Part shown: positions 29,632 to 38,971 of the stretch, piece by piece | Numbering within the stretch: the first letter of the stretch is position 1 | Layout of the letters: each line of letters opens with the position of its first letter | Assembly (NCBI GenBank): GCA_902802265.1 | Contig: CADCLN010000023.1 | Location: forward strand, 4,116-68,115 | Direction: 5' to 3' | DNA: 64,000 bases | DNA from: an uncultured Bacteroidales bacterium | GTDB lineage: Bacteria; Bacteroidota; Bacteroidia; Bacteroidales; Bacteroidaceae | Made by a program: the position numbers and the translations under genes | The notes under the pieces: model-generated | What the model saw: only the letters and a program-made list of their open reading frames with translations | What the model was told of the DNA's origin: nothing | Database searches by the model: none

Positions 29632-31614
29632 ATGAACAAGAGTAACATTTTATTGACATCCTTTCTTGTGGCTGCAAGCTTGAACCCCGCGTTTGCCGCC
29701 AAGAAAAAGACTGTAACTGAAGAGCCGAAAGACCCCAACGAAATGGTGGCTTACCTCTTCACGTATTTCAATAGCAATGCTCCAGAAGACGAGCAGATCT
29801 GCTATGCCATCAGCGACGACGGCTACAACTACACTCCGCTGAATCATGGCAACCCTGTGATTACGAGCGACACCATTGCTTATACACAGTGTGTGCGCGA
29901 CCCGCACATCTTGCGCTGTGAGGATGGCAAGACATTCTACATGGTTGTGACCGATATGCGTTCTGCTTACGGCTGGTCAAGCAACCGTGGCATGGTGCTG
30001 CTGAAGTCCACCGACCTTATCCATTGGCAACACTCTGCCATCAATTTCCCCACTCGCTACACCAAGGAGTGGAAGAACGTCATCCGTGTGTGGGCACCAG
30101 AAACCATCTACGACCGAAAGGCTGGCAAGTACATGGTGTTCTATTCCCTGCGTACCAGCGACCCAGGGTCATTTGACAAAATTTATTATCAGTATGCCAA
30201 CAAGGACTTTACCGATTTGGAAGGTGAACCCAAGTGGCTCTTCGACGCTGGCAATGCCACGATTGACGGCGACATTGTGTTTAACGATGCAGACCAGATG
30301 TACCACCTCTTCTATAAGCAGGAATCGGGACGCGGCATCTATCAGGCTGTTGCCAAGCAGCTGACTGACCGTTGGCAGATGCTCGGTGGCAATGTGGAGC
30401 AGACAAAGGAAGCTGTGGAAGGTGTCGGCGTGTGCAAAGCCATCGACGGCAAGTCGTGGATTATCATGTACGACTGCTACGGCAACGGACACTACCAGTT
30501 CTGCAAGTCGGAAGACCTGAAGACTTTCAAGTTCGTGCAGAACACCGAGATGAAGGGCAAGTTCACCCCACGTCACGGTACGATTATTCCTATCACCCGT
30601 GCCGAGAAGGAACGTCTCCTGAAGGAGTACGGCAATCACAACCAACCCATTCTGCAAGGTTTCCATGCCGACCCCGAAGTGCTTTATTCCAACAAAACAA
30701 AAAAATACTACATCTACAGTACCACCGACGGCACACCAGGGTGGGGTGGTCACGACTTCAGCGTGTTCTCCAGCACAGACCTCATCAATTGGACAGACGA
30801 AGGCAAGATGCTTGACGTGAAGGGCGACCAGGTGAAGTGGGCTACGGGCAATGCCTGGGCACCCTGCATCGAGGAAGTGAAGCAGAAGGATGGATCCTAC
30901 AAATACTACTTCTATTTCTCTGCTCACAATCCTCAGACCAACCGCAAGGAAATTGGTGTAGCCGTGAGCGACAATCCGACAGGTCCCTTTGTGGATTCGG
31001 GTGCTCCTATCATCACCGATGCTGACCGTCCAGCAGAAGCTCGTGGCGGACAAGCCATCGACGTAGATGTGTTCACCGACCCAAAGACGGGCAAACACTA
31101 CCTCTACTGGGGCAATGGTTTCATGGCTGGTGCAGAACTGAACGACGATATGCTCTCCGTGAAGAAAGAGACCATCACCCACCTCACACCGAAGGGTGGC
31201 AGCTTGCAGACTTGGGCTTTCCGCGAAGGTGCATACGTATTCTATCGCAAAGGCACTTACTACTTCATGTGGTCGGTTGACGACACAGGATCGCCCAACT
31301 ACCACGTTTGCTACGGCACAGCCAAATCTCCGCTGGGACCCATCACCATCGACGAGAACAACTACCTCGTCATCAAGCAGAAGCCCGAAGACAAGATTTA
31401 CGGCACAGCCCACAACTCTGTGCTGCAGATTCCAGGCAAGGACGAATGGTACATTGTCTATCACCGCATCAATAAGAACTTCATCGACCGTCATTTTGCA
31501 CCAGGCATCCACCGCGAAGTCTGCATCGACAAGTTGACTTTTGACAAGAAAGGCAACGTCATTCCTGTCACTCCAACGCTGAATGGTCCTGCACCTTTGG
31601 CTGTAAAAAAATAA
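29632..31614 (+). CDS. Secreted protein with two tandem GH43-like five-bladed propeller domains
   Basis: 660 aa. Domain 1 has YLFTYFNS..YAISDDGYNY..VRDPHILRCEDGKTFYMVVTD..VWAPE. Domain 2 has GFHADPEVLY..YYIYSTTD..AWAPCIEE..EGAYVFYRKGTYYFMWS. Confidence 0.8.
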   Translation: MNKSNILLTSFLVAASLNPAFAAKKKTVTEEPKDPNEMVAYLFTYFNSNAPEDEQICYAISDDGYNYTPLNHGNPVITSDTIAYTQCVRDPHILRCEDGKTFYMVVTDMRSAYGWSSNRGMVLLKSTDLIHWQHSAINFPTRYTKEWKNVIRVWAPETIYDRKAGKYMVFYSLRTSDPGSFDKIYYQYANKDFTDLEGEPKWLFDAGNATIDGDIVFNDADQMYHLFYKQESGRGIYQAVAKQLTDRWQMLGGNVEQTKEAVEGVGVCKAIDGKSWIIMYDCYGNGHYQFCKSEDLKTFKFVQNTEMKGKFTPRHGTIIPITRAEKERLLKEYGNHNQPILQGFHADPEVLYSNKTKKYYIYSTTDGTPGWGGHDFSVFSSTDLINWTDEGKMLDVKGDQVKWATGNAWAPCIEEVKQKDGSYKYYFYFSAHNPQTNRKEIGVAVSDNPTGPFVDSGAPIITDADRPAEARGGQAIDVDVFTDPKTGKHYLYWGNGFMAGAELNDDMLSVKKETITHLTPKGGSLQTWAFREGAYVFYRKGTYYFMWSVDDTGSPNYHVCYGTAKSPLGPITIDENNYLVIKQKPEDKIYGTAHNSVLQIPGKDEWYIVYHRINKNFIDRHFAPGIHREVCIDKLTFDKKGNVIPVTPTLNGPAPLAVKK

Positions 31615-31645
31615 ACCGTAAAACCCTTAACTGTATATATTAAAC

Positions 31646-32278
31646 ATGAAGAAAATAATCTTTCTTGCCATCACCCTGCTGAGCACACTGAATGTCTGTG
31701 CTCAGCGGGAAGAAGGAACCTTCACCATCCAGCCCAAAGTGGGACTGAACATCTCCAACGGTTCCACATCTTCCGATAACCTTACGCGGGTAAGCCCCAG
31801 GTTGGGTTTAGCTGCAGGTGTTGAAGCAGAATACCAGGTTTCCAGAATCTTGAGCCTCTCCGCAGGAGCACTCTATTCCATGCAGGGCATCAAGGGAAAG
31901 ACCACCATCATTTCGTTGGCAACAGCCAGCAAAACAGAATTTGATGAAGTCATCAAACTGGATTACATCACCGTCCCCATCATGGCAAACTTCTATGTGA
32001 CGAAAGGACTTGCCGTGAAGTTTGGTGTGCAGCCGGCCTTTTTGGTACACAACGGCTACAAAGTGTCGTCCTCGCAAAAGGGTGATAGTGGCAAACTGAC
32101 GGATATAGGCTACGAACTCAACACGTTTGATTTCTCCATTCCTGTCGGCATTTCGGGCGAATACAGCAATGTTGTGCTGGATGCCCGCTATAACATTGGT
32201 GTCACGAAGATTACCAAGAATTATGGCGGCAGGAACAGCATCTTCCAATTCACACTGGGCTATAAATTTGAATTGTAA
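31646..32278 (+). CDS. Small outer-membrane beta-barrel protein (porin-family/OmpA-like barrel)
   Basis: 210 aa. It has the signal ..LSTLNVCAQ, alternating beta-strand patterning and a C-terminal FTLGYKFEL. It is a paralog of 43815-44426. Confidence 0.75.
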   Translation: MKKIIFLAITLLSTLNVCAQREEGTFTIQPKVGLNISNGSTSSDNLTRVSPRLGLAAGVEAEYQVSRILSLSAGALYSMQGIKGKTTIISLATASKTEFDEVIKLDYITVPIMANFYVTKGLAVKFGVQPAFLVHNGYKVSSSQKGDSGKLTDIGYELNTFDFSIPVGISGEYSNVVLDARYNIGVTKITKNYGGRNSIFQFTLGYKFEL

Positions 32279-32286
32279 ACATCAGA

Positions 32287-33483
32287 ATGAACATTTCCAT
32301 TAAAAATAGCAGGGATGCAGTCGTGCTCATGCTTGCTGGGCGGTTAGACACATCTGCCGCTCAGCAAACGGCTACTGAAATAAACGCCCTGCTGGAAGAA
32401 CAAGGCGAGATAAAGAAACTGTTGTGCCATGTCGGCGAATTGGAATACATCTCCAGTTCCGGACTGCGCATTCTGCTATCCTTAGCCAAGCAGTACTCCA
32501 ACTTCTCTGTCGTGGAATGTCCACCAGACATCTATCAGGTGTTTGAAATGACAGGCTTCTCGAAGATAATGACCGTGGAGCGTGCGCTGCGCAGATTGTC
32601 TGTGGAGGGCTGTGAAGTCATTGGCATAGGGGGTGTGGGCACAGTCTATCGGCTCGATGACGACACCATTATCAAGGTGTTCCGCGAAGGTACTACTATG
32701 GACGAAGTGAAGCGGGAAATCACCATGTCGAAGGAAGCCTTTGTGCTGGGTATGCCCACAGCCATCTCGTTTGATGTCGTCAGCGTGGGTGAACAGTTTG
32801 GCCTTGTCTATGAACTGCTGGACGCCACTACGCTGAGTGCCTGCCTGAAGCAACATCCTGAGCGGGTAGATGAGTATGCACGAAAGTATGCCGCCTTGTT
32901 CCGCCAGTTGCACGCCATTGAGATTCCGCAGGACAGCACCGTCCCCAGTGCCGCCCATCATGAGCGGGAACAAGTGCTCCACATTCGTCGCTATTTCCCG
33001 CAGGAGAATATTGACACCATGCTGCAAATTCTTGATGCCATCCCAGCAGGCAATCGACTGTTGCACCTTGATTTGCAGTCGAAGAACGCCATGATGCAGG
33101 GCGATGAACTGATGCTGATCGACATGGGTGAAGTGGGTTATGGCCATCCGCTGCTCGACCTGGCCCATGCTTATTCTGCCATGGTGACATTGGTGGGCGA
33201 TTACGAACAGGTGATAGGCGTGCCGCGCGAACTGGGTTTGGAACTCTGGAACCGTGCCATTGGCTATTACTTCGAGGGGCTGCCTGCCGACCTTGTGGCT
33301 CACCGCAAGGAACAGATAGAAGTCGTTTCGTGTGTCCGCAACTTCAGCTGGCTTGCCCTGAGCGACACCTTCCCCGCCGAAGTTATCAACGAGTGCGTCC
33401 AACTTTTTGATGAACGCATCGGTTCCCGTCGCGACTACATCCTTGACGTCTGCAAAACTTTTTCCGACTGGCGACTGGATTGA
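32287..33483 (+). CDS. STAS (anti-sigma-antagonist-like) domain fused to an APH/choline-kinase-type protein-kinase-like domain
   Basis: 398 aa. The STAS part has LAGRLDTSAA..ELEYISSSGLRILL..VFEMTGF. The kinase-like part has GIGGVGTVYRL..IIKVF (Gly loop plus Lys), LLHLDLQSKNAMM (HxDxxxxN), LIDMGE (DxG) and GHPLLDLA. The ATG is 8 nt after the OMP stop. Confidence 0.75.
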   Translation: MNISIKNSRDAVVLMLAGRLDTSAAQQTATEINALLEEQGEIKKLLCHVGELEYISSSGLRILLSLAKQYSNFSVVECPPDIYQVFEMTGFSKIMTVERALRRLSVEGCEVIGIGGVGTVYRLDDDTIIKVFREGTTMDEVKREITMSKEAFVLGMPTAISFDVVSVGEQFGLVYELLDATTLSACLKQHPERVDEYARKYAALFRQLHAIEIPQDSTVPSAAHHEREQVLHIRRYFPQENIDTMLQILDAIPAGNRLLHLDLQSKNAMMQGDELMLIDMGEVGYGHPLLDLAHAYSAMVTLVGDYEQVIGVPRELGLELWNRAIGYYFEGLPADLVAHRKEQIEVVSCVRNFSWLALSDTFPAEVINECVQLFDERIGSRRDYILDVCKTFSDWRLD

Positions 33484-33519
33484 TGGTTGTTGCCGATTGA
33501 AGCATTTCATCGCCGCGAA

Positions 33520-34226
33520 AATGCCGTAGGCATTAAATAGGGGTAGCCAGCCATACAGCCATGCCGTTAGGTATGGCGAAATGGCTGGAATGCAGGGATG
33601 AACAACATCATCAGCCTGCCTTTAGGTAGGCGATATATATTATAAAAAAATGGCTAATACCTATACGCAAATCTATATGCACATTGTCTTTGCCGTTGGG
33701 CAGCGCGAATGCTTGATTTTCGATGATTGGGCGGACGAACTGTACTGCTATATGGCTGGTGCTTGCCAAAACCGCAAACATTTTGTCCACGCCATCAATG
33801 GAACTGCTGACCATGTGCATTTGCTTATTGGAATGCATCCCAGTGAATCCGTTTCCGAATTAGTTCAATCGTTGAAATTACAATCTACCAAATGGATAAA
33901 CGAAAAATTCCTGCATGGTGCATTTGGTTGGCAGAGCGGATATGGTGCGTTTTCTTATAGCAAATCGTTGGTTCCCGCTGTTAAAAATTACATAGAACAT
34001 CAACGTGAGCATCATCAGCGTGTTTCGTTTGAATCCGAATGGAAAGATATATTAGAAAAGGCAGGAATCAATTATGAACCAGCATATATGATGAGAGGGT
34101 TTGTGCAGCCCTTATCGCCTTCCTAAAGGCAGGCTGGACCGCGTACATAACTTCCATACCAGCCATTTCGCTGTACCTAACGGCACGGCTGTATGGCTGG
34201 CTACCCCTATCTGATGCCTACGGCAT
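33520..34226 (+). mobile_element. RAYT unit: Y1 transposase gene bracketed by ~105-bp inverted hairpin-containing repeats
   Basis: The left repeat (33520-33627) is the reverse complement of the right repeat (34122-34226). Long identical blocks include cctaaaggcaggctg, ccagccatttcgc, cctaacggca, ggctgtatggctggctacccctat and atgcctacggcat. Each arm carries GTAG followed by the palindrome CCAGCCAT..ATGGCTGG. Confidence 0.8.
33650..34126 (+). CDS. rayT: IS200/IS605-family Y1 (HUH) transposase, REP-associated (RAYT-like)
   Basis: 158 aa. It has YTQIYMHIVFAVGQRE, the HUH motif TADHVHLLIG and the catalytic-Tyr region NYIEHQREHH (YIxxQ). The stop codon lies inside the right inverted repeat. Confidence 0.8.
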   Translation: MANTYTQIYMHIVFAVGQRECLIFDDWADELYCYMAGACQNRKHFVHAINGTADHVHLLIGMHPSESVSELVQSLKLQSTKWINEKFLHGAFGWQSGYGAFSYSKSLVPAVKNYIEHQREHHQRVSFESEWKDILEKAGINYEPAYMMRGFVQPLSPS

Positions 34227-34282
34227 CGTTCCCCACGGGATTGGCTCTGCCGCTCTGCCAAAAACCCAGCGGAACTTGAATC

Positions 34283-34447
34283 ACATTATTATACAAATTT
34301 ACATTATTATACAAATTAAGGTTAAAACATCACAAATGTCTCTTCGAAACTTAGCACTTGTCTCTTCGATACACGGCTGTTGTCGATTCGAGACTTAACT
34401 GCTGTTAAAATGGCACAGAGGACACAGAGAAGACAGAGGGCACAGAG
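34283..34447. repeat. Three short tandem-repeat sets: 2x18 nt, 3x22 nt (family 2) and 4x9 nt
   Basis: The sets are acattattatacaaatt(t/a) x2 (34283-34318), about 3 units of (gcac)ttgtctcttcga.ac.. (34337-34402), and ggcacagag/gacacagag/aagacagag/ggcacagag (34412-34447). Confidence 0.8.
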
Positions 34448-34451
34448 GCCT

Positions 34452-34627
34452 GTTGCACAGTTTTCTCACTGCCGTGGCAAAGTTCTGCCGTTGCCCCCGC
34501 AAAGTTCTCTCGCTGTCCCCGCACAGTTCTCCCACCGCAGCGGCACAGTTCTCCCGTTGCGGTGGGAGAACTGTGCGCCGGCAGTAGCAGAACTTTGCCA
34601 CCGCAACAAGAGAACTGTGCGGCTATA
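34452..34627. repeat. 22-nt-register repeat array D (8 units: 5 forward-core, then 3 inverted-core)
   Basis: Units are gttgcacagttttctcactgcc, gtggcaaagttctgccgttgcc, cccgcaaagttctctcgctgtc, cccgcacagttctcccaccgca, gcggcacagttctcccgttgcg, gtgggagaactgtgcgccggca, gtagcagaactttgccaccgca and acaagagaactgtgcggctata. Confidence 0.9.
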
Positions 34628-34631
34628 TCAC

Positions 34632-34675
34632 AAAAAAACACTACACGATGAAAACCTTTTCGTGTAGTGTTTTTT
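34632..34675. terminator. Bidirectional intrinsic terminator (serves the GH43-CBM6 gene)
   Basis: An A-run is followed by the 11-bp perfect stem acactacacga (34638-34648) with tcgtgtagtgt (34660-34670), then a T-run. Confidence 0.8.
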
Positions 34676-34729
34676 CTATTTGATGTAGTATGTGAAAACT
34701 GAAGTGTGTAAAGAAACAGAATGGGGTGG

Positions 34730-36265
34730 CTATTTCACAAGCACTTTCTTTCCGTTGCGGATGTAAACTCCATGCTGCGGATGGCTGACGGGAATGCCCT
34801 GAAGGGTGAAGAGGGTGGATGCGTCGGACGGAGCAGATGCCTCAATGGTTTCGATGACCGTGGGAACGGTGTTGAACTGCCACCAATCCCAATTGAAGAG
34901 GGTTTCGTCGGCTTTGCCTGTGAAGCTGAAATGGATGTCGTGGATGCCTTTGGGTGAAAGGGAGAGGTCGAAGGTGCGTTCCTCCCAGACAGCGCTTCCG
35001 CCCGTTTCTTCTATCTTGATTCTGCCCAGTATTCTGCCCTTGGCGTTGTCCTGACGGATGATGAGATAACCGCCCGTCTGGGCAGAAGCCATGCGCAGGG
35101 TGATTGAAGATGCACCGCCGACTCCGAAGTCCACATTGGCTACTCGCATGGAGTCGCCTGCATGGATGCCTGTGACGTACACACCCTTCGACTCGTTGCC
35201 CACAACGCTGATGCCGTAAGCTGCGTTCAGCGTTTCAGCCTGCTGCCGCTCGTATGGATTCATGGTGCAGAGAGCCTTCACGCCCTTTCTGGTAGCCGTG
35301 ACGGGCTGGATGGTTCCGTCTGCATTGAAGTGCATTTCCTCTACGGCCATGCTTCGGTTGAAACCGCCGCCGCCATGTGCCCAGCCCGTGTGGTAGAAGA
35401 AGTAATCCTTCCCCTTGTAGTTCACGATGCCGCTGTGGTTGGTGAACGAGCCTGTGTTTTGCTGCGTCATCACCTGTCCCTTGTAGGTCCAGGGACCTTC
35501 TGGGCTGTCGCTCATGCTGTAAGAGATATGTTCGGGTACACCGCCAGCGGCATACATCAGGTAGTAGTGGTCGCCACGCTTGTCCAGCCAGGGACCCTCT
35601 TCGTAACAGTCTGCGCCTCTCACTTTATCATCTACCTTCACGCCGCCAAACGCTTCCCTTGTCAGGGGCACTTCCACGATGCCTTTCTCGCCGATAGACG
35701 TGTCGAGCAGCAGCATGTTTGTTTTCAGTTTGGCATAGCGGAGTTTGTTGTTGCCCCAGTAGAGGTATGCCTGTCCGTCGTCGTCGATGAAAACGGTCGG
35801 GTCAATGTCTCCGCCCTGGCCCATGTCGAAGATGGGTTGTTTGCGTGCATCCTTGAAAGGGCCAGAAGGTTTGTTGCTCTTTCCCACACCGATGTAGTGC
35901 CGCCAGTCGTTAGGCTTCGACGCACACATATACCAGTAGTAAGTGTCGCCGCGTTTCACACACTGACTTGCCCAGCAAGTGCCTTCGCGTGCCCAGGTGA
36001 AAGCTGTGCGCGGCATGGCAACGCCGTGGTCTGTCCAGTTTACCATATCAATGGTGGAATAGACACGCCAGCGCTCCATGTAGTAGAAATCGTTTACGCC
36101 TGGAACATTCATGTCCTCGTCGCAATACACATACAGACTGTCTTCGCCTTCGAAAACCATAGGTGCGGGGTCAGCCGTGTAGCAGTGGCTGACGATGGGG
36201 TTTTGTGCCACCGATGGTTGAAGGGCCAAGCATGAAGAACAAATGAGAATGGATAATTTTTTCAT
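34730..36265 (-). CDS. GH43 glycoside hydrolase with a C-terminal CBM6-like module and a short sorting-like tail
   Basis: I trimmed the start to MKKLSILICSSCLALQPSVAQ, because the longer start would overlap the GH95 stop. Motifs are CYTADPAPMVF, WASQCV and CYEGPWLDKRGDHYYLMYA. The CBM6-like region is AGDSMRVANVDFG..FNWDWWQF. Confidence 0.85.
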   Translation of the reverse strand: MKKLSILICSSCLALQPSVAQNPIVSHCYTADPAPMVFEGEDSLYVYCDEDMNVPGVNDFYYMERWRVYSTIDMVNWTDHGVAMPRTAFTWAREGTCWASQCVKRGDTYYWYMCASKPNDWRHYIGVGKSNKPSGPFKDARKQPIFDMGQGGDIDPTVFIDDDGQAYLYWGNNKLRYAKLKTNMLLLDTSIGEKGIVEVPLTREAFGGVKVDDKVRGADCYEEGPWLDKRGDHYYLMYAAGGVPEHISYSMSDSPEGPWTYKGQVMTQQNTGSFTNHSGIVNYKGKDYFFYHTGWAHGGGGFNRSMAVEEMHFNADGTIQPVTATRKGVKALCTMNPYERQQAETLNAAYGISVVGNESKGVYVTGIHAGDSMRVANVDFGVGGASSITLRMASAQTGGYLIIRQDNAKGRILGRIKIEETGGSAVWEERTFDLSLSPKGIHDIHFSFTGKADETLFNWDWWQFNTVPTVIETIEASAPSDASTLFTLQGIPVSHPQHGVYIRNGKKVLVK

Positions 36266-36281
36266 TGTGAGATATAATGTG

Positions 36282-38879
36282 TTAATGGTTGATGATTTTC
36301 TTTCCTTTCTGAATACGAACACCCTTGCTCAGGGGTGTAGCCCGACGACCGCTGAGGTCATAGCTGATGGCAGGTTTTGCCGATTCAGTCCTGGCTTCTA
36401 CCGACTCGATGGCCGTCATTGACCCCTGAAGGTAAACCATATAGTCGCCGCCAGCCTCTGTGTCCAGGTCGTATTCATATACAGTCTTGACATTGATTTT
36501 CGGCTTTGTGCGAAGTACACTCGACAGCAACGGAGTCTTGACCTCGGCAGGAGCAAACAGCGGGTTGGGGCAATCGCCACTGGCTGTCCGCAGTCCTTCG
36601 CCCTCCAGCTGAACGTAGGAACGCAGGCGCAGGGTGCCGCCAATGGTGGAGTGAATCTTTGCCACAGCCAGTTTGCGGTCTTTCCACTCCATGTCAATCT
36701 CGAAGCCGCCGCGTGCCCTCAGTCCGCGCACATTGCCTTCTGCCCATTTTGTCGGTACGGAGGGCAGCAAGTGTACGGCTCCGTCGTGGCTTTGCAGCAA
36801 CATCTCGGCAATGCCCGCTGTGGCTCCGAAGTTGCCGTCAATCTGGAAGGGTGGGTGAGCATCGAACAGATTGGGGAAGGTACGTCCGTCGGGATACTTG
36901 CTCTCGTCCTCCTCCGATGGCAATAGCTTCAGCATATTGCTCAGAATGGTCAGCGCATGGTTGCCATCCAACATTCTTGCCCAGAAACATATTTTCCAAC
37001 CCAGGCTCCAGCCCGTAGCCTCGTCGCCACGCTCTGTCAATGTCTGCTTGGCGGCAGCAAACAGTTCGTTATGGCTGTATGGGCTAATCTGGTTCGATGG
37101 GAACAGGCCGTACAGATGAGAAATGTGTCGATGCTTATTGTTGGCATCGTCGGCATCCTGCAACCATTCCTGCAACTGGCGATGACTGCCAATCTGCATG
37201 GGCGGCAACTTGTCGAGCGCCTCGCGAAGGGTTTGCTGGTAAGCCTCGTCTTCTCCTAAAATCTGGGCAGCCCGCAGCGTGTTGGACAGGGCATCGAAAG
37301 CAATCTGATTGTCCATTGTGCAACCGGCCGTGACGGGCGACGATTTGCCCATCGGAGCCAGTTCGGGACTGACCGATGGCACTACAACCAGCCATCCGTA
37401 GGCAGGGTGAATCTGCATATAGTCCAAGTAGAAATCGGCCGTACCCTTGATGACGGGGTACCACTGACGCAGGAATTCCTTGTCGCCCGAATAGAGGTAA
37501 TGCTGCCACAAATGGGTTGCCAGCCACGCGCCGCCATTGGGGTACATGCCCCAGAAAGCTCCGTCCACAGGTCCAGCAATGCGCCATAAGTCCGTGTTGT
37601 GGTGCGCCATCCAGCCACCGCAGCCATACATCTTCTTGGCTGTGATGCTGCCTGTTTCGCTCAGGTCGCGAATCATGCTGAACAGGGGTTCGGTCGTCTC
37701 GGTCAGGTTGCAAACCTCGGCAGGCCAGTAGTTCATCTCCGTGTTGATGTTGATGGTATATTTCGAATCCCACGGTGCATCTCGCTTGTCGTTCCACACA
37801 CCCTGCAGATTGGCCGGTTGTCCACCTGGCTGCGAACTGGAAATGAGCAGGTAGCGACCGTAGTTGAACAGCAAAGCTACCATGCCCCAGTCGGCACTTC
37901 CCGTGAAATTGTCCAGACGTTTGTCGGTAGTCAGCTGACTGTTCGCCGAGGATGGCAACCAGAGGTGCACCCGTTCATACTGCTTTCTGTATGCCTCAAT
38001 GTGTCTGGCCAACAAGGTTTCATAGTCATATTCTTCCAGACGCTGCATCCGAGCCTCGTTCCTGCTGCCCGCATCGCCGCTCACGTCGTCATAGCGCTTA
38101 TAGTTGGTTGCAGCCGAGATGTAAAGCGTTGTCACCGTTGCATTTTTCACCATGATAATTCCCCTTGTGCCGTTGTTTACGATGGAGCCGTCGCTTTCCA
38201 CCCTGTAGGCACACTCTGCCTTCAGTTTACCTTCGATGCCTTCCTGCGATTCCCCTTGAATCGTTGCCACGATGCCGCCGCAGCCTTTGGCGTATCGGGT
38301 AGAGAAGGGGCAGGAATGTTGCAGCGTGAGGGTTTCGCCTTTGTCCGACTCGATTCGTATCACGATTACGCTGTCGGCCAACGAGGCAAACGCAGTACGT
38401 CGGTAGCTGTTGCCATCCGACAGAAAGCTGACACGGCTGCAAGCGGTGGTCAAGTCCAATTCGCGTTGATAGTCGGTCACCTTGTCTTCCTGTATGCTCG
38501 AACTTTTGATGCTGAGACTACCCAGCGACAAGAACCTCATGCCGTGGGGTCCCTTTACAAACTTGTTGTCGATGATGTTCTGTGCCTCCTGTTCCTTGCC
38601 GTCAAAGATGAGCTGCCGCACGTGCTCCAACTCGTTCAGCGATGCGTTGCTGTTGTTGTTGTGCGGACCGCCCGACCAGAACGTTTCCTCGTTCAGCTGA
38701 ATCTGTTCCGTCTTTGTGCCGCCATAGATCATGGCACCCAGATGTCCGTTGCCGATAGGCAGAGCCTCCAGCCAGATATTGGCAGGGCGGTCATACCACA
38801 ATCTCTCCGTGTTGTCGTCCTGAGCCGACAGCCCCGACAGCGTTGCCGCCAAGGCGAGGAATACAAATAGTCTTTTCAT
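36282..38879 (-). CDS. GH95 alpha-L-fucosidase-like glycoside hydrolase
   Basis: 865 aa with a signal peptide. The N-terminal pattern [39 protein letters not shown], plus the size and architecture, are typical of GH95 as I recall it. Confidence 0.8.
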   Translation of the reverse strand: MKRLFVFLALAATLSGLSAQDDNTERLWYDRPANIWLEALPIGNGHLGAMIYGGTKTEQIQLNEETFWSGGPHNNNSNASLNELEHVRQLIFDGKEQEAQNIIDNKFVKGPHGMRFLSLGSLSIKSSSIQEDKVTDYQRELDLTTACSRVSFLSDGNSYRRTAFASLADSVIVIRIESDKGETLTLQHSCPFSTRYAKGCGGIVATIQGESQEGIEGKLKAECAYRVESDGSIVNNGTRGIIMVKNATVTTLYISAATNYKRYDDVSGDAGSRNEARMQRLEEYDYETLLARHIEAYRKQYERVHLWLPSSANSQLTTDKRLDNFTGSADWGMVALLFNYGRYLLISSSQPGGQPANLQGVWNDKRDAPWDSKYTININTEMNYWPAEVCNLTETTEPLFSMIRDLSETGSITAKKMYGCGGWMAHHNTDLWRIAGPVDGAFWGMYPNGGAWLATHLWQHYLYSGDKEFLRQWYPVIKGTADFYLDYMQIHPAYGWLVVVPSVSPELAPMGKSSPVTAGCTMDNQIAFDALSNTLRAAQILGEDEAYQQTLREALDKLPPMQIGSHRQLQEWLQDADDANNKHRHISHLYGLFPSNQISPYSHNELFAAAKQTLTERGDEATGWSLGWKICFWARMLDGNHALTILSNMLKLLPSEEDESKYPDGRTFPNLFDAHPPFQIDGNFGATAGIAEMLLQSHDGAVHLLPSVPTKWAEGNVRGLRARGGFEIDMEWKDRKLAVAKIHSTIGGTLRLRSYVQLEGEGLRTASGDCPNPLFAPAEVKTPLLSSVLRTKPKINVKTVYEYDLDTEAGGDYMVYLQGSMTAIESVEARTESAKPAISYDLSGRRATPLSKGVRIQKGKKIINH

Positions 38880-38963
38880 CTTTCTGCTTGAGATTATTGT
38901 TTATGTTTTTTAGATACACTGCTGTTTCAGGCACTTCGCTGTTTACGCCAAGCTTTTTCGCTG

Positions 38964-38971
38964 CAAAGTTA
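38964..38971 (-). promoter_or_regulatory. -7 box TAACTTTG for the GH95/GH43-CBM6 operon
   Basis: The sequence cgctgcaaagttaagc lies 85 nt upstream of the ATG. Confidence 0.55.
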
